Shown piece by piece: positions 35,996 to 45,281 of a stretch of DNA of 64,000 nucleotides. Numbering within the stretch: position 1 is the first letter of the stretch; each line of letters starts with the position of its first letter. The stretch comes from an uncultured Myxococcales bacterium (lineage in GTDB: Bacteria > Myxococcota_A > UBA9042 > DTJE01). Both the position numbers and the translations under genes were made by a program. Under the pieces are notes generated by a model. The model did no database searches. It saw only the letters and a program-made list of their open reading frames with translations, and was not told the DNA's origin. The DNA is taken from assembly GCA_937975765.1 (NCBI GenBank), contig CALJUR010000048.1, positions 23,538-87,537 of the forward strand, given 5' to 3'.

Positions 35996-36069
35996 GACAA
36001 GGAAGCGTCGGCCGCGGGCGCGGACGACGGGGATCGGCGACACGGGCGATGCCCGACGAGGAGGCGAAG

Positions 36070-36495
36070 ATGGCCGAGGCGAAGCGGATCCTGGTGATCG
36101 ACGACGACGAGGACCTGGTGCAGTCCACGACCGCGCTGCTGCGGGCTCGCGGCTTCGACGCCGACGGGGCGCGCAACGGGACCGAGGGCCTGGCGAAAAT
36201 CCGGGCCCGGCGGCCCGACCTGCTGGTGCTGGACATCATGATGGACCACGACACCGAGGGCTTCCAACTGGCGTACAAACTGAAGGCGGACGCCGAGTTG
36301 AAGGGCCTGCCGGTGATCATCGTGTCGTCCTTCCAGGAGCACCTGGCCCAGAAGATGGACAGTTTCCAGTTCGTTCTGGGCAACGACTGGCCGGCCGAGG
36401 CGCTGCTGGAGAAGCCGGTGAAGCCCGACCTGCTGGCGGAAACCATCGGCAAGGTGCTGGCGGACGTCGAGGCGCGCAAGGCCGCCGTGGCGTGA
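36070..36495 (+). CDS. stand-alone response-regulator receiver protein
   Basis: MAEAKRILVIDDDEDL...LLVLDIMM...EKPV. GAGGAGG upstream of ATG 36070 (alternative ATG at 36049). A Rex operator lies 75 nt upstream. Confidence 0.8.
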   Translation: MAEAKRILVIDDDEDLVQSTTALLRARGFDADGARNGTEGLAKIRARRPDLLVLDIMMDHDTEGFQLAYKLKADAELKGLPVIIVSSFQEHLAQKMDSFQFVLGNDWPAEALLEKPVKPDLLAETIGKVLADVEARKAAVA

Positions 36496-36506
36496 TGTAT
36501 CTGCAG

Positions 36507-36666
36507 CCCGCCCGGGCACGCAGGCGGAGTCCACGGGTTTCCGCAGGAAACTCCGGACGCAGCCGGAGTCGCCTCGGGCGCACTGGAACCCGCCCGAGCA
36601 CGCAGGCGGAGTCCACGGGTTTCCGCAGGAAACTCCGGACGCAGCCGAAGTCGCCTCGGGCGCACT
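36507..36666 (+). repeat. 2 x 78-nt direct repeat (period 82 nt, 76/78 identical)
   Basis: CCCGCCCG(G/A)GCACGCAGGCGGAGTCCACGGGTTTCCGCAGGAAACTCCGGACGCAGCCG(G/A)AGTCGCCTCGGGCGCACT at 36507-36584 and 36589-36666. Each unit contains a GTTTCC-GCA-GGAAAC hairpin. Confidence 0.9.
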
Positions 36667-36669
36667 CAA

Positions 36670-36696
36670 TGCAGGGCGGGGGCCCCGTCCCCCGCC
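36670..36696 (-). repeat. REP-like copy (TGCAGGG variant)
   Basis: TGCAGGGCGGGGGCCCCGTCCCCCGCC, 2 nt from the crotonase stop codon. Confidence 0.9.
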
Positions 36697-36698
36697 TG

Positions 36699-37481
36699 CT
36701 ACCGCCCGTGGAACTCCGGCGCGCGGCGCGCCAGGAAGGCCTGCATCCCCTCCTTCTGGTCCCCGCTGCTGAACAGGTCCCCGAAGGCGTCGGCCTCGGC
36801 GACCAGGGCGGCGTCCAGCGTCCGATCGGTCGCGGCGCGTACCAGGTGCTTCGCCACCTTCACGGCCAGCGGCCCGCGCGACGCGATGGCCCGCGCCAGT
36901 TCCATCGCCGCCGGCACCACGTCCGCCGCGGGCAGCACCTTCTGGACCAGGCCGACGCGGTGGGCCTCGACCGCCGGGTAGGTATTGCCGGACAGGATCC
37001 ACTCCAGCGCCGCGTTGCGCCCGATCACCCGTGCCAGGCGCGCCGTGCCACCGAACCCCGGGATGACACCCAGATTCACCTCGGGCTGGCCGAACACGGC
37101 ATTCTCGGATGCGTAGACGACGTCGCACGCCAGCGCCAGTTCGCACCCTCCGCCCAGTGCGAAGCCGTTGACCGCGGCGATCACCGGGATGGGCAGATCC
37201 TCGAGGGCCCGGAAGACGCCCTGGCCGTACCGGGAGAAGGCGTCGGCGTCGGCCGGGGACATGCCCGCCATCTGGGCGATGTCGGCGCCGGCCACGAACG
37301 CCTTGGGACCCGCGCCGGTGATCACCAGGACGCGGCAGCCCGGGCTCTCGGCCACCCGGACCGTCGCCTCCTCCAGTTCGGCCAGGACCTGCCGGTTCAG
37401 CGCGTTCAGGACCTGCGGCCGGTCCAGCGTCAGCACCGCGACGGGACCGTCGAATTCCAGGCGCAGGGCGGGTTCCGACAT
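36699..37481 (-). CDS. enoyl-CoA hydratase/isomerase (crotonase) family protein
   Basis: VLVITGAGPKAFVAGADI...AAVNGFALGGGCELALACD...GQPEVNLGVIPGFGGT are crotonase oxyanion-hole motifs. Confidence 0.85.
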   Translation of the reverse strand: MSEPALRLEFDGPVAVLTLDRPQVLNALNRQVLAELEEATVRVAESPGCRVLVITGAGPKAFVAGADIAQMAGMSPADADAFSRYGQGVFRALEDLPIPVIAAVNGFALGGGCELALACDVVYASENAVFGQPEVNLGVIPGFGGTARLARVIGRNAALEWILSGNTYPAVEAHRVGLVQKVLPAADVVPAAMELARAIASRGPLAVKVAKHLVRAATDRTLDAALVAEADAFGDLFSSGDQKEGMQAFLARRAPEFHGR

Positions 37482-37546
37482 GACGACATCCTCCGATGGC
37501 TGGAGTCGAAAGCGTATCGCGACGCGGGCTTCCAGGAAAGGGGCGA

Positions 37547-38077
37547 TCAGCCTCGCCGGGTGAACCAGGTCTGCACGGCGGTCTCGTCGGAGGCGTCCGT
37601 CCACGCCTCGAAGCCCTTCGCCTGGGCCTGCCCGACCAGCGGCGACGGCACGAACGGCGTCACCAGCAGGAAGACCCCGCCCGGCGGCAGCGCGGCCAGC
37701 CCCTGCATCACCTGCGGCAGCGGGTGCCCGCCCGCCTCGATCATGGCGCGCGCATCCAGTGTCCGCGCGGGCTCCTTTGCCCAGCTCGGCCTTGGCACGG
37801 CCCCCTCCCCTTCCGTCGTCCCCTCCGCGATGCAATGCGTCCCCTCGACGCCCGCGGCCCGCCGCAGGGTGGTCACGATCGTCCCGATCGGCACCCCGCC
37901 CACCTGCGCCACCTGCCGCAGCGTGGCCAGTTTCGCGACCGTGGCCCGCAGCACGGGGTTCTTCAGGCGCCGGAACTCCGGCGACAGCGCGATCAGGGAC
38001 TCCTCCAGTTCCGGGTAGTGCCGCAGCAGCGCGCCCACCTTCAGGTCGGGCGTGATGTCCGGACGCATCTCAGCCAT
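37547..38077 (-). CDS. DUF1858 + DUF2249 two-domain protein
   Basis: N-terminus ITPDLKVGALLRHYPELEESL...NPVLRATVAKLATL (DUF1858-like). C-terminus LDARAMIEAGGHPLPQVMQGL...FLLVTPFVP (DUF2249/TusA-like). 8-nt overlap with the upstream gene. Confidence 0.65.
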   Translation of the reverse strand: MAEMRPDITPDLKVGALLRHYPELEESLIALSPEFRRLKNPVLRATVAKLATLRQVAQVGGVPIGTIVTTLRRAAGVEGTHCIAEGTTEGEGAVPRPSWAKEPARTLDARAMIEAGGHPLPQVMQGLAALPPGGVFLLVTPFVPSPLVGQAQAKGFEAWTDASDETAVQTWFTRRG

Positions 38078-39344
38078 GGGGCGCCTCCTTCGCGACGGGC
38101 CCGTCCTCGTCGCCCCACTCCAGCAGCCGCCGGTCGCCCTGCAGCGCGCGCTTGGCGGTCAGGTCCTGGCTGACCTCCAGCGTGCCCAGGTAGGCCCCGG
38201 CCTCGTCCCGCAACGCGAAGTATTCGATGTGGATGAACTTCCCCTTCAGGTTCAGCCAGAAGGCCGCCTGGTCCTTCGCCCCCGACCGGAAGGACTGCAG
38301 GATGCGCTCGACGACGTGCACGCTGTGCGGAGGGTGGCAGAACTGGACCTTCCGTCCCAGGATGGCCCGGTTGCGGTCGAAGATGCGCTCGCGGCCCTGC
38401 GTGAAGTAGCGCACGGTGTCGTCGCGGTCCACGAAGGTCAGGTCGAACGGGATCGTGTTCAGGATCGCCTGCAGTTCGGTCGGGGTGAACGACCCGGAGG
38501 GCAACTGGACGCGCCCCTCCCCGGCCAAAGGCGCCGCGGGCGCGGCCTCGGTAACCGCGGGCTTCCACGCGACCTTCGGGTCGTACAGGCAGTACCCGAT
38601 CTCGTTCTCCTGCCGGACGATCTCCCCCCACTCCGCCTCGGCCAGCGTGTCCATGCACATCGGCAGCAGGATCTGCTCCTCCTTGTCCACCATCGCCGCC
38701 ACCGCGTCGGAAGCCGGCTTCAGCACCAGATCCCTCAGGGACCGGGCCTCCTCGGCCGTGGCGCCAGCCTCCGCCGCCTGCAGCGCCTCGATGGCCCCCT
38801 TCAGCAGCGCCCGCGCCTCGTCGTGCTTGCCCCACATGACCGTCGGCGGACCGCTGACGCCGTGCTTCTCCAGGTGCGGGAACAGCAGGTACTCCTTGCG
38901 CCGGTAGTGCTTGTCCACGTCCATCAGCGCGTTGAACCGGGCACGCGCCTCCGCCAGCAGGCCGGCCGTTTCGTCCCCTGCCGGCATCGCGTCCAGCCGG
39001 GCGTACAGGTCGGCCAACTGGTCCGTCCCCCAGGACAGCGCCAGGTTCTCCTGCTGGAAGGTGTGCACCGGGTGGCCCTCGGGCGCCGTCCTCGCCCCTT
39101 CCTGGCTGATCGCGCCCTGCAGCGCCGCGGTGTGCACGTCGCACAGTTTCAGGACCTCGGCGACCGGCAGCCCCTCCGCGATCAACTCCTGCTCGACCTC
39201 GACCACCTCGCGGTAAGGCACCGACCCCAGCAACCGGATCAGCCGGGGCCGCACCGCGTCCGGGGCCACCCCTTCGTGCAACTGCAGGATCATGTGCTTC
39301 ATCAGCTCCTTGCGCCGGCGCGCGTTGTTGATCAGTTCGCTCAT
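38070..39344 (-). CDS. DUF438-type hemerythrin-like + PAS domain protein
   Basis: DVDKHYRRKEYLLFPHLEKHG...MWGKHDEAR (hemerythrin-like HHE), followed by a C-terminal PAS-like region FDLTFVDRDDTVRYFTQG...FCHPPHSVHVVERIL. Confidence 0.7.
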   Translation of the reverse strand: MSELINNARRRKELMKHMILQLHEGVAPDAVRPRLIRLLGSVPYREVVEVEQELIAEGLPVAEVLKLCDVHTAALQGAISQEGARTAPEGHPVHTFQQENLALSWGTDQLADLYARLDAMPAGDETAGLLAEARARFNALMDVDKHYRRKEYLLFPHLEKHGVSGPPTVMWGKHDEARALLKGAIEALQAAEAGATAEEARSLRDLVLKPASDAVAAMVDKEEQILLPMCMDTLAEAEWGEIVRQENEIGYCLYDPKVAWKPAVTEAAPAAPLAGEGRVQLPSGSFTPTELQAILNTIPFDLTFVDRDDTVRYFTQGRERIFDRNRAILGRKVQFCHPPHSVHVVERILQSFRSGAKDQAAFWLNLKGKFIHIEYFALRDEAGAYLGTLEVSQDLTAKRALQGDRRLLEWGDEDGPVAKEAPHG

Positions 39345-39527
39345 GGTCTCCTCCGGGTTCGTGGATGGCGGGGGACGATCCCCCGGATCCTGTCCGCGGA
39401 TCCATGCAGGGACCGTGCCATTTCGGATATCACTTGTCCGATTTCGCGGATTCTGGGCGGGACGGCGGGATCGGGCCTCGCGACCCGCGGCCACAGGCGC
39501 TACACTCCGCCCCGGGGGAGGTGGCCG

Positions 39528-40583
39528 ATGAGGGCGGGCAGGATCGCGACGCTGCTGGCGGGGATGGTCGCCGGGCTCCTGGCGTGCGGCGGGACGGGGA
39601 GCGCGCGGGACGACGATGGGAACCGGCCGGATGCGGTGGCGGACGAGGCCGTCGCGGACCTTCCGGCGGAAACCGCCCACGACCTCCCTGCGGAAGCCGG
39701 CCTCCCCGCGGGTCCGGCACGCATCGCCGTCGTCACCGACACGCACCTCTGGATGGACGACACCTTCGCGAACAACGTCCACTGGATCGAGGCCATCCGC
39801 ACGCTGGCGTCGCAGGACCCGGCGTGGGACCGGATCGTGTCCACGGGCGACAACATCGACGACCTGTTCACGGCGCCGTTCGCACTGCAGGAGTGGCTGG
39901 ACGGGACGGGCGATCCGGTGGAGATCCTGGTCCACTACCGGGGCCTGGTCGACGCCCACGCGCCCTCGATCTTCCGCATCCTGCTGGGGAACCACGACGT
40001 CCGATACTTCGACACGTTCGAAGGAAACGGCCCTCCTCTGGCCGCCTGGGCCAAGGCCTTCCAGGGCAGCCCGGCCTACCCCGGGCCTTGGTGGTCCGAG
40101 GAGGTGCGCGGCTGCCGGCTGGTCGCGCTGCAGTCCAACGATCTGGCCACGAACCACGCGGACAACGACCTGGCGACGTTCGGGGCCGCCCAACTGGCCT
40201 GGCTGGAGCAGCAACTGACGTCGGACCGGCCCACGATCGTGTTCTGGCACGTCTTCATCGAGCCCCCGGCGGACGGGGAAACGCCGCCCGAGGTGATGCA
40301 GGTGCTGGCGCGCCACCCGGGGCCCGGCGACCGCGTCGTCTTCACCGGGCATGAGCACGAGTTCCGCCGCTACCAATGGCAGGGTGTCCGCTTCTACCAG
40401 GGCGGTTCGCTGGCAGCCTCGGCCGCCTGGGTGCACCAGGTGGAGTGCGACGGCGAGACCGGGGCCATCACGATCCTCAACGAGGCCGACCTGCCCTACT
40501 CCGACCCGCCCCTGCCCCGCCAGGTTCAATTCAGGGTTCAATTCAGGGACAGTCACCATAATTGGCGACCCAACCCCATGTGA
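39528..40583 (+). CDS. calcineurin-like metallophosphoesterase lipoprotein; the C-terminal about 20 aa are encoded by a repeat element
   Basis: Lipobox GLLACGG and an acidic linker. Motifs VVTDTHL, TGDNID, LGNHD, TGHEHE. The reading frame continues into the 12-nt tandem and the left arm of the 40540 element, with stop TGA at 40581. Confidence 0.75.
   Translation: MRAGRIATLLAGMVAGLLACGGTGSARDDDGNRPDAVADEAVADLPAETAHDLPAEAGLPAGPARIAVVTDTHLWMDDTFANNVHWIEAIRTLASQDPAWDRIVSTGDNIDDLFTAPFALQEWLDGTGDPVEILVHYRGLVDAHAPSIFRILLGNHDVRYFDTFEGNGPPLAAWAKAFQGSPAYPGPWWSEEVRGCRLVALQSNDLATNHADNDLATFGAAQLAWLEQQLTSDRPTIVFWHVFIEPPADGETPPEVMQVLARHPGPGDRVVFTGHEHEFRRYQWQGVRFYQGGSLAASAAWVHQVECDGETGAITILNEADLPYSDPPLPRQVQFRVQFRDSHHNWRPNPM
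40525..40548 (+). repeat. 12-nt tandem duplication at the left edge of element copy 1
   Basis: TTCAATTCAGGG x2 (40525-40536 and 40537-40548), translated as QFRV QFRD in the phosphoesterase tail. Confidence 0.85.
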
Positions 40584-40655
40584 TTGTTCCTTATTTCATT
40601 TTCTGCAAGTATTTCCGTCAGTTCGATGCCGAATAATGGTGACTGTCCCTGAATT
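40540..40655. mobile_element. GGGACAG-arm inverted-repeat element, copy 1 (116 bp, MITE-like)
   Basis: Arms AATTCAGGGACAGTCACCATAATT (40540-40563) and AATAATGGTGACTGTCCCTGAATT (40632-40655) are 23/24 complementary. The 68-bp core is about 47% GC. Confidence 0.7.
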
Positions 40656-40662
40656 CAAAAAT

Positions 40663-40682
40663 GGGGACAGCCTCCATTTTCC
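40663..40682 (+). repeat. solo arm of the CCTCC variant of the GGGACAG family
   Basis: GGGGACAGCCTCCATTTTCC, 7 nt after the right arm of copy 1 and inverted relative to it. It matches the arm at 28275-28294. Confidence 0.6.
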
Positions 40683-40690
40683 TGACGACA

Positions 40691-42283
40691 CTAGACTCGG
40701 TACCGTTTCAGTTTTCCCTGCAGGGTCGTGGGTTTGAGGTCCAGGCGGGCCGCGGCGCCGTCCGCCCCGTAGACGTGCCCGCCGGACGCCTCCATCGCAC
40801 GCCGCAACAGGTTCCGCACCTCGTCGTCCCAGCGGCCCGGAGCCATGCCGGACGCGGCAGGCGTCTTCCCCTCACCGATTCCACGCCCGTTTCCGGCGGC
40901 GGCGGCAGGCAGGCCCGGGGAAAGGGAGGCTGGCCCTCTTTTCGTGGCGTCGGGCAGGACCAGGTCCGGCCCGGGGTGCAGGATCAGCGCCCGTTCCAGG
41001 AAGTTCTCCAGTTCCCGGATGTTGCCGGGCCACTCGGAGGACTCCAGCACCTGCAACGCCTCCTCGGACACCTGCGGCGGCTTCCGGCTCATCGCCGCCG
41101 CGTGCCGTGCCAGGAAGTGCGTCACCAGGGGCCGGATGTCCTCGCGGTGCTCGCGCAGCGGCGGCAGCACGATGGGCACGGTGTTCAGGCGGTAGTAGAG
41201 GTCCGACCGGAACGTCCCCCCGGCCACCAGTTCCTCCAGAGGCCGGTTCGTCGCCGCCACCACCCGCACGTCCACCTTCACCGGGGCCGTCCCCCCCACC
41301 CGCTGGATCGCGCGGTCCTGCAGGGCCCGCAGCAACTTGACCTGCACCGCCGGCGGGGCATCCCCGATCTCGTCCAGGAACAGCGTGCCCCCGTCCGCCT
41401 GCTCGAAGCGTCCCGCCCGCCGCGCCGTCGCCCCCGTGAACGCCCCCTTCTCGTGGCCGAACAGTTCGCTCTCGATCAGCGTCTCGGGGATGGCGCCCAC
41501 GTTGACCGTCACGAACGGCCCGCCGAACCGGGGGCTGTAATCATGGATCAGGCGCGCGAGACCCTCCTTGCCCGTGCCGGTCTCGCCCCGGATCAGCACG
41601 GTCGCGCTGGACGCCGCCACCCGCCGGGCCTGCTCCAGCACCTGCTGCATCAGCGGGCTCTCGGCGACATACCGCGCCTCGCTGCGCGCCTGCCGGATCT
41701 GGTCCCTCAGCATCGTGTTCTCGCGGTCCAGCAGGCGGTTCAACCGGCGCACCTCCTCCACCATCAGGCTGTTGTGCAGCGCGATCGCAACCAGCCCCGC
41801 GACCCGCTGGGCGCTGTCCATGCAGCAGTCCAGCAGGCCGTGTCCCGGCTGGTGCGCCACGTCCAGCGTCCCCAGCACCTGGCCCTCGAACTCCAGCGGG
41901 ATGGACACCAGCGCCCCGTACCCGTCCAGCGCCAGCGCCCTCTCCTCGCGGCATCTCGGCTTGGCGGAGTCCAGTGCCAGGAGGACATGCCGCTTCCGCG
42001 TCCGGATCGCCGGCCCGCACGCCGACTGGTCCAGCGGCACCCGCGTACCGACCTCCGCCGCCAGCAGGGTCTTCGGATCGTCCACCAGCAGGACCTCGAC
42101 CTCGTCCGGTCGCTCCGCCACCCACCGGTGGATGGACAGCCGAGTCAGGCCGAAGAACTTCCTCATCAGCGTCGCCGTGCGCTGCAGCACCACCTGCAGG
42201 TCCACCGACGACAGGATGGCGTGCAGGGCCTCGTCGATCAGCCTCTCGCGGTGCAGGTGCCCCGGGCAGTGGACTTCACCCAT
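40691..42283 (-). CDS. norR: sigma-54-dependent activator with N-terminal GAF domain (NorR-like)
   Basis: GAF region, an AAA+ domain ([27 protein letters not shown] with GAFTGA) and a C-terminal HTH. Divergent from a sigma-54 promoter that drives a hemerythrin gene and norB. Confidence 0.8.
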   Translation of the reverse strand: MGEVHCPGHLHRERLIDEALHAILSSVDLQVVLQRTATLMRKFFGLTRLSIHRWVAERPDEVEVLLVDDPKTLLAAEVGTRVPLDQSACGPAIRTRKRHVLLALDSAKPRCREERALALDGYGALVSIPLEFEGQVLGTLDVAHQPGHGLLDCCMDSAQRVAGLVAIALHNSLMVEEVRRLNRLLDRENTMLRDQIRQARSEARYVAESPLMQQVLEQARRVAASSATVLIRGETGTGKEGLARLIHDYSPRFGGPFVTVNVGAIPETLIESELFGHEKGAFTGATARRAGRFEQADGGTLFLDEIGDAPPAVQVKLLRALQDRAIQRVGGTAPVKVDVRVVAATNRPLEELVAGGTFRSDLYYRLNTVPIVLPPLREHREDIRPLVTHFLARHAAAMSRKPPQVSEEALQVLESSEWPGNIRELENFLERALILHPGPDLVLPDATKRGPASLSPGLPAAAAGNGRGIGEGKTPAASGMAPGRWDDEVRNLLRRAMEASGGHVYGADGAAARLDLKPTTLQGKLKRYRV

Positions 42284-42307
42284 ATTTCAGTTCTCCACCG
42301 ATATCTC

Positions 42308-42320
42308 GGTTCATGATACC
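42308..42320. promoter_or_regulatory. candidate NorR-type upstream activator site
   Basis: GGTTCATGATACC fits GGT-N7-ACC (GT-N7-AC core reported for NorR sites, recalled from the literature), about 75 nt upstream of the -24 element. Confidence 0.45.
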
Positions 42321-42383
42321 CATATTTCGTTCCAGACGCTGCGACGACCCCGTTTTCGCAATGATTTCCGAGTTCCGCCGCGT

Positions 42384-42399
42384 TGGCACGCCTCCTGCT
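42384..42399 (+). promoter_or_regulatory. sigma-54 (-24/-12) promoter of the hemerythrin-norB operon
   Basis: TGGCACGCCTCCTGCT versus the consensus TGGCAC-N5-TTGCW, with correct GG/GC spacing. It lies 35 nt upstream of ATG 42434 and is divergent from the GAF-AAA+ activator gene. Confidence 0.8.
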
Positions 42400-42433
42400 A
42401 AGACGCAAGGTCATACGGGATTGGAGAGACACC

Positions 42434-43024
42434 ATGGATGCCTTCGAGATGGATCCGATCGAACAGTTGATGGCCGAGCACCGGGTCATCGAGGACGTGC
42501 TGGACGCGCTGGAGTCGTACGTCGCCCGGCTGGACGACGGCGCGGACCCCGCGGACCTGGCGCGGTTCGTCACCTTCCTGCGGGCCTTCGCGGACGGCTG
42601 CCACCACGGGAAGGAGGAGGACATCCTCTTCGTCACGCTGGTGCAGCAGGGCTTCCCGCGCGATTCCGGCCCCGTCGCGATGATGCTGTGGGAACACGAG
42701 GAGGGACGCCGCCACGTCGGTGCCCTGCTGGACCTGGCCGAACGCCGGGGCCGGTCGCAGCCCTGGACCGCCGAGGACCGCCTGGCGCTGGCCTCGCACT
42801 CGCGCGCCTATGCTGCCCTGCTGCGCGCCCACATCCTGAAGGAGGACCAGATCCTGTACCCGATGGCCCGGCGGCACCTGGCCTCCGAGACGATCGCGGA
42901 CATGGCCCGGCGCTTCGGGGAATTCGAAGCCCGGCCGGACCCGGAGAACGGGGGACACGAGGGGCTCCACGCGCTGGCGGAGGACCTCATCGCCAGACAC
43001 GGCACGCGGAAGGAGGAAGCATGA
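42434..43024 (+). CDS. hemerythrin-domain di-iron protein (NorA-like)
   Basis: HHE motifs EHRVIEDVL, CHHGKEEDILF, WEHEEGRRH and HILKEDQILYP. ATGA overlap with norB. Confidence 0.8.
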   Translation: MDAFEMDPIEQLMAEHRVIEDVLDALESYVARLDDGADPADLARFVTFLRAFADGCHHGKEEDILFVTLVQQGFPRDSGPVAMMLWEHEEGRRHVGALLDLAERRGRSQPWTAEDRLALASHSRAYAALLRAHILKEDQILYPMARRHLASETIADMARRFGEFEARPDPENGGHEGLHALAEDLIARHGTRKEEA

Positions 43025-45264
43025 GCGGCCATCGGAACCGGGCGATCCTGCTGTTCGTCATCGTGGCGGCGTTCTCGGTGCTGATCTTCGGTGGCACCCG
43101 CATCGCCGCGAACAAGCCCCCCATCCCGGGGAAGGTCGTCACGCCCGACGGCCAGACGGTGCTGAACGGGGACCAGATCGTGCAGGGCCAGCGACTGTAC
43201 CTGACCCGAGGCGGCCAGCACATGGGCTCGATCTGGGGCCACGGGGCCTACCTGGCGCCCGACTGGTCGGCCGACGCCCTGCACCGCATCGCGATGATCA
43301 CCGCCGCGCTGCAAGTGGGGAAGGACCCCGACGCGGCCGCCGCCTTCACCCAGGCCGACCTGGACGCCCTGCCCGCCCCCGAGAAGGCCCGCGTGCAGGC
43401 GCTGGTCGCCCAGGAACTGCGCGCCAACCGGTACGACGCCGCCACCGACACACTGACGCTGTCCCGCGGCCAGGCGGTGGCGCTGCCCCACCTGGTCGCG
43501 CACTACGGCACGCTGTTCCGGGACGGCGCCCCCGACATCGGGGTGCACCCCGGCATCGTGGAATCCGATCGCGACGCGAGGATGCTGTCCGGCTTCTTCC
43601 TGTGGACCGCCTGGGCCGCCGGCACGAACCGCCCGGGCGAGGACTTCACCTACACCGCCAACTGGCCCTACGACCCGCTGGCCGGCAACGGGCCCCTGCC
43701 CAGCGCCCTGATCTGGTCGATCGTCAGCGTGGTGCTGCTGATCGCGGGCATCGGCGGCGGCATCTACCTCTACATGCGCAACCAGGGGTACGACGAGGGC
43801 CGCCCGGCCTTCGCCCCCTTCACGGAGCCCCGTCCCACGGGCAGCCAGCGCGTCACCCTGGCCTACTTCGTCGCGGTCGTCGCGCTGTTCGGCATCCAGG
43901 TCGTGCTGGGGTCCATCACCGGCCACTACGCGGTCGAGGGGAACGCGCTGTTCGGCATCGACCTGGCGAAGATCCTGCCCTACCCGTTGACCCGCACCTG
44001 GCACGTCCAGTTGTCGGTCTTCTGGATCGCGACGGCCTGGCTGGCGACCGGCCTGTTCATCGGGCCGTTCATCGCGCGCCGCGAACCGAAGGGCCAGGCG
44101 GCGTGGGCCTGGATCCTGCTGGGCGCTCTGGTCGTCGTCGTGATCGGGGCGCTGTCCGGCACCGCGATGGGCATCCTGGGCACGTTCGGCGGCGACGGCT
44201 TCTGGCTGGGCAACCAGGGCTACGAGTACGTGGAACTGGGCCGCGTCTGGCAGGTGCTGCTGCTGGCCGGGATGGTCATCTGGCTGGTCCTGGTCTACCG
44301 CGCCATCGCCCCGTCGCTGAAGGCGGAAGGCGATCGCGGCGGCCTGACCCACCTGCTGCTGTACGCATCGGTGTCGATCCCGCTGTTCTACTCGGTGGGC
44401 CTGTTCTACACCCCCGGCACGCACATGTCCGTCGCGGACTACTGGCGCTGGTGGGTCGTGCACCTGTGGGTCGAGAACTTCTTCGAGGTGTTCGCGACGG
44501 TGGCCATCGCCTTCGTGCTGACCCGGCTGGGGGCCGTGCGCGACAAGTCGGCCCTGGACGCGGTCTACTACAGCATCCTGCTGTACCTGGGCAGCGGCAT
44601 CATCGGCACGTTCCATCACCTGTACTTCTCCGGCACGCCGCTGTTCATCACCGCGCTGGGCGCGACGTTCAGCGCGCTGGAGGTCGTGCCGCTGACGCTG
44701 CTGGGCTTCGAGGTCTTCCAGCACCTGCGCATGGCCCGCGAGGGCGAGGGCGCCGGGCCGTACCGCTGGCCGCTGTACTTCTTCGTCGCGGTCGCCTTCT
44801 GGAACCTGGTCGGCGCGGGGGTGTTCGGGTTCCTGATCAACCCGCCGATCGTGCTCTACTACGCGCAGGGCCTGAACACGACGCCCATCCACAGCCACGG
44901 CGCGCTGTTCGGCGTCTACGGCTTCCTGGCCATCGCGCTGATGCTGTTCAGCATGCGGCACGTGATCGCCGCGAAGGCGTGGTCCGACCGGCTGCTGAAG
45001 TGGGCCTTCTGGGGACTGAACATCGGCCTGGCGTCGATGATGGCGTTCAGCCTGGTCCCGGCGGGCTTCTACCAGTTCCTGGAGTCGATCCGGCACGGTA
45101 CGTGGTACGCCCGGTCGCCGGCCGTGACGGGTTCCGATTTCATGCACACCGTGACGTGGCTGCGCCTGGTGCCGGACCTGGTGTTCGATGTCGGCGTGCT
45201 GGCCCTGGTGGCGTTCGTGGTGCGGGCGGTCGTCGTGGACTGGAAGGTCCGGCGCGGCGCGTGA
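43021..45264 (+). CDS. norB: quinol-type nitric oxide reductase large subunit (qNOR, NorB/NorZ)
   Basis: 747 aa with an N-terminal extension plus a 12-TM heme-copper-oxidase-like core. His-containing helices (FWIATAW, GTFHHLYFSG, HSHGALFG). Confidence 0.85.
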   Translation: MSGHRNRAILLFVIVAAFSVLIFGGTRIAANKPPIPGKVVTPDGQTVLNGDQIVQGQRLYLTRGGQHMGSIWGHGAYLAPDWSADALHRIAMITAALQVGKDPDAAAAFTQADLDALPAPEKARVQALVAQELRANRYDAATDTLTLSRGQAVALPHLVAHYGTLFRDGAPDIGVHPGIVESDRDARMLSGFFLWTAWAAGTNRPGEDFTYTANWPYDPLAGNGPLPSALIWSIVSVVLLIAGIGGGIYLYMRNQGYDEGRPAFAPFTEPRPTGSQRVTLAYFVAVVALFGIQVVLGSITGHYAVEGNALFGIDLAKILPYPLTRTWHVQLSVFWIATAWLATGLFIGPFIARREPKGQAAWAWILLGALVVVVIGALSGTAMGILGTFGGDGFWLGNQGYEYVELGRVWQVLLLAGMVIWLVLVYRAIAPSLKAEGDRGGLTHLLLYASVSIPLFYSVGLFYTPGTHMSVADYWRWWVVHLWVENFFEVFATVAIAFVLTRLGAVRDKSALDAVYYSILLYLGSGIIGTFHHLYFSGTPLFITALGATFSALEVVPLTLLGFEVFQHLRMAREGEGAGPYRWPLYFFVAVAFWNLVGAGVFGFLINPPIVLYYAQGLNTTPIHSHGALFGVYGFLAIALMLFSMRHVIAAKAWSDRLLKWAFWGLNIGLASMMAFSLVPAGFYQFLESIRHGTWYARSPAVTGSDFMHTVTWLRLVPDLVFDVGVLALVAFVVRAVVVDWKVRRGA

Positions 45265-45281
45265 CAAGAGGAGGAAGGACG

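Noticed and set aside
36507-36666. Possible CRISPR array
   Set aside because: There are only two repeat units, they are directly adjacent (4-nt gap) with no spacers, the unit is 78 nt long, and no cas genes are present.
40521-40550. GGTTCAATTCAGGG resembles a tRNA T-arm (possible tRNA fragment or att site)
   Set aside because: There is no complementary T-stem, acceptor stem or anticodon arm around it. It is a 12-nt tandem duplication of the edge of the repeat element.
43999-44015. Second sigma-54-like TGGCAC…TTGT string
   Set aside because: It lies inside the norB coding sequence, has N6 rather than N5 spacing, and lacks the GC dinucleotide at -12.
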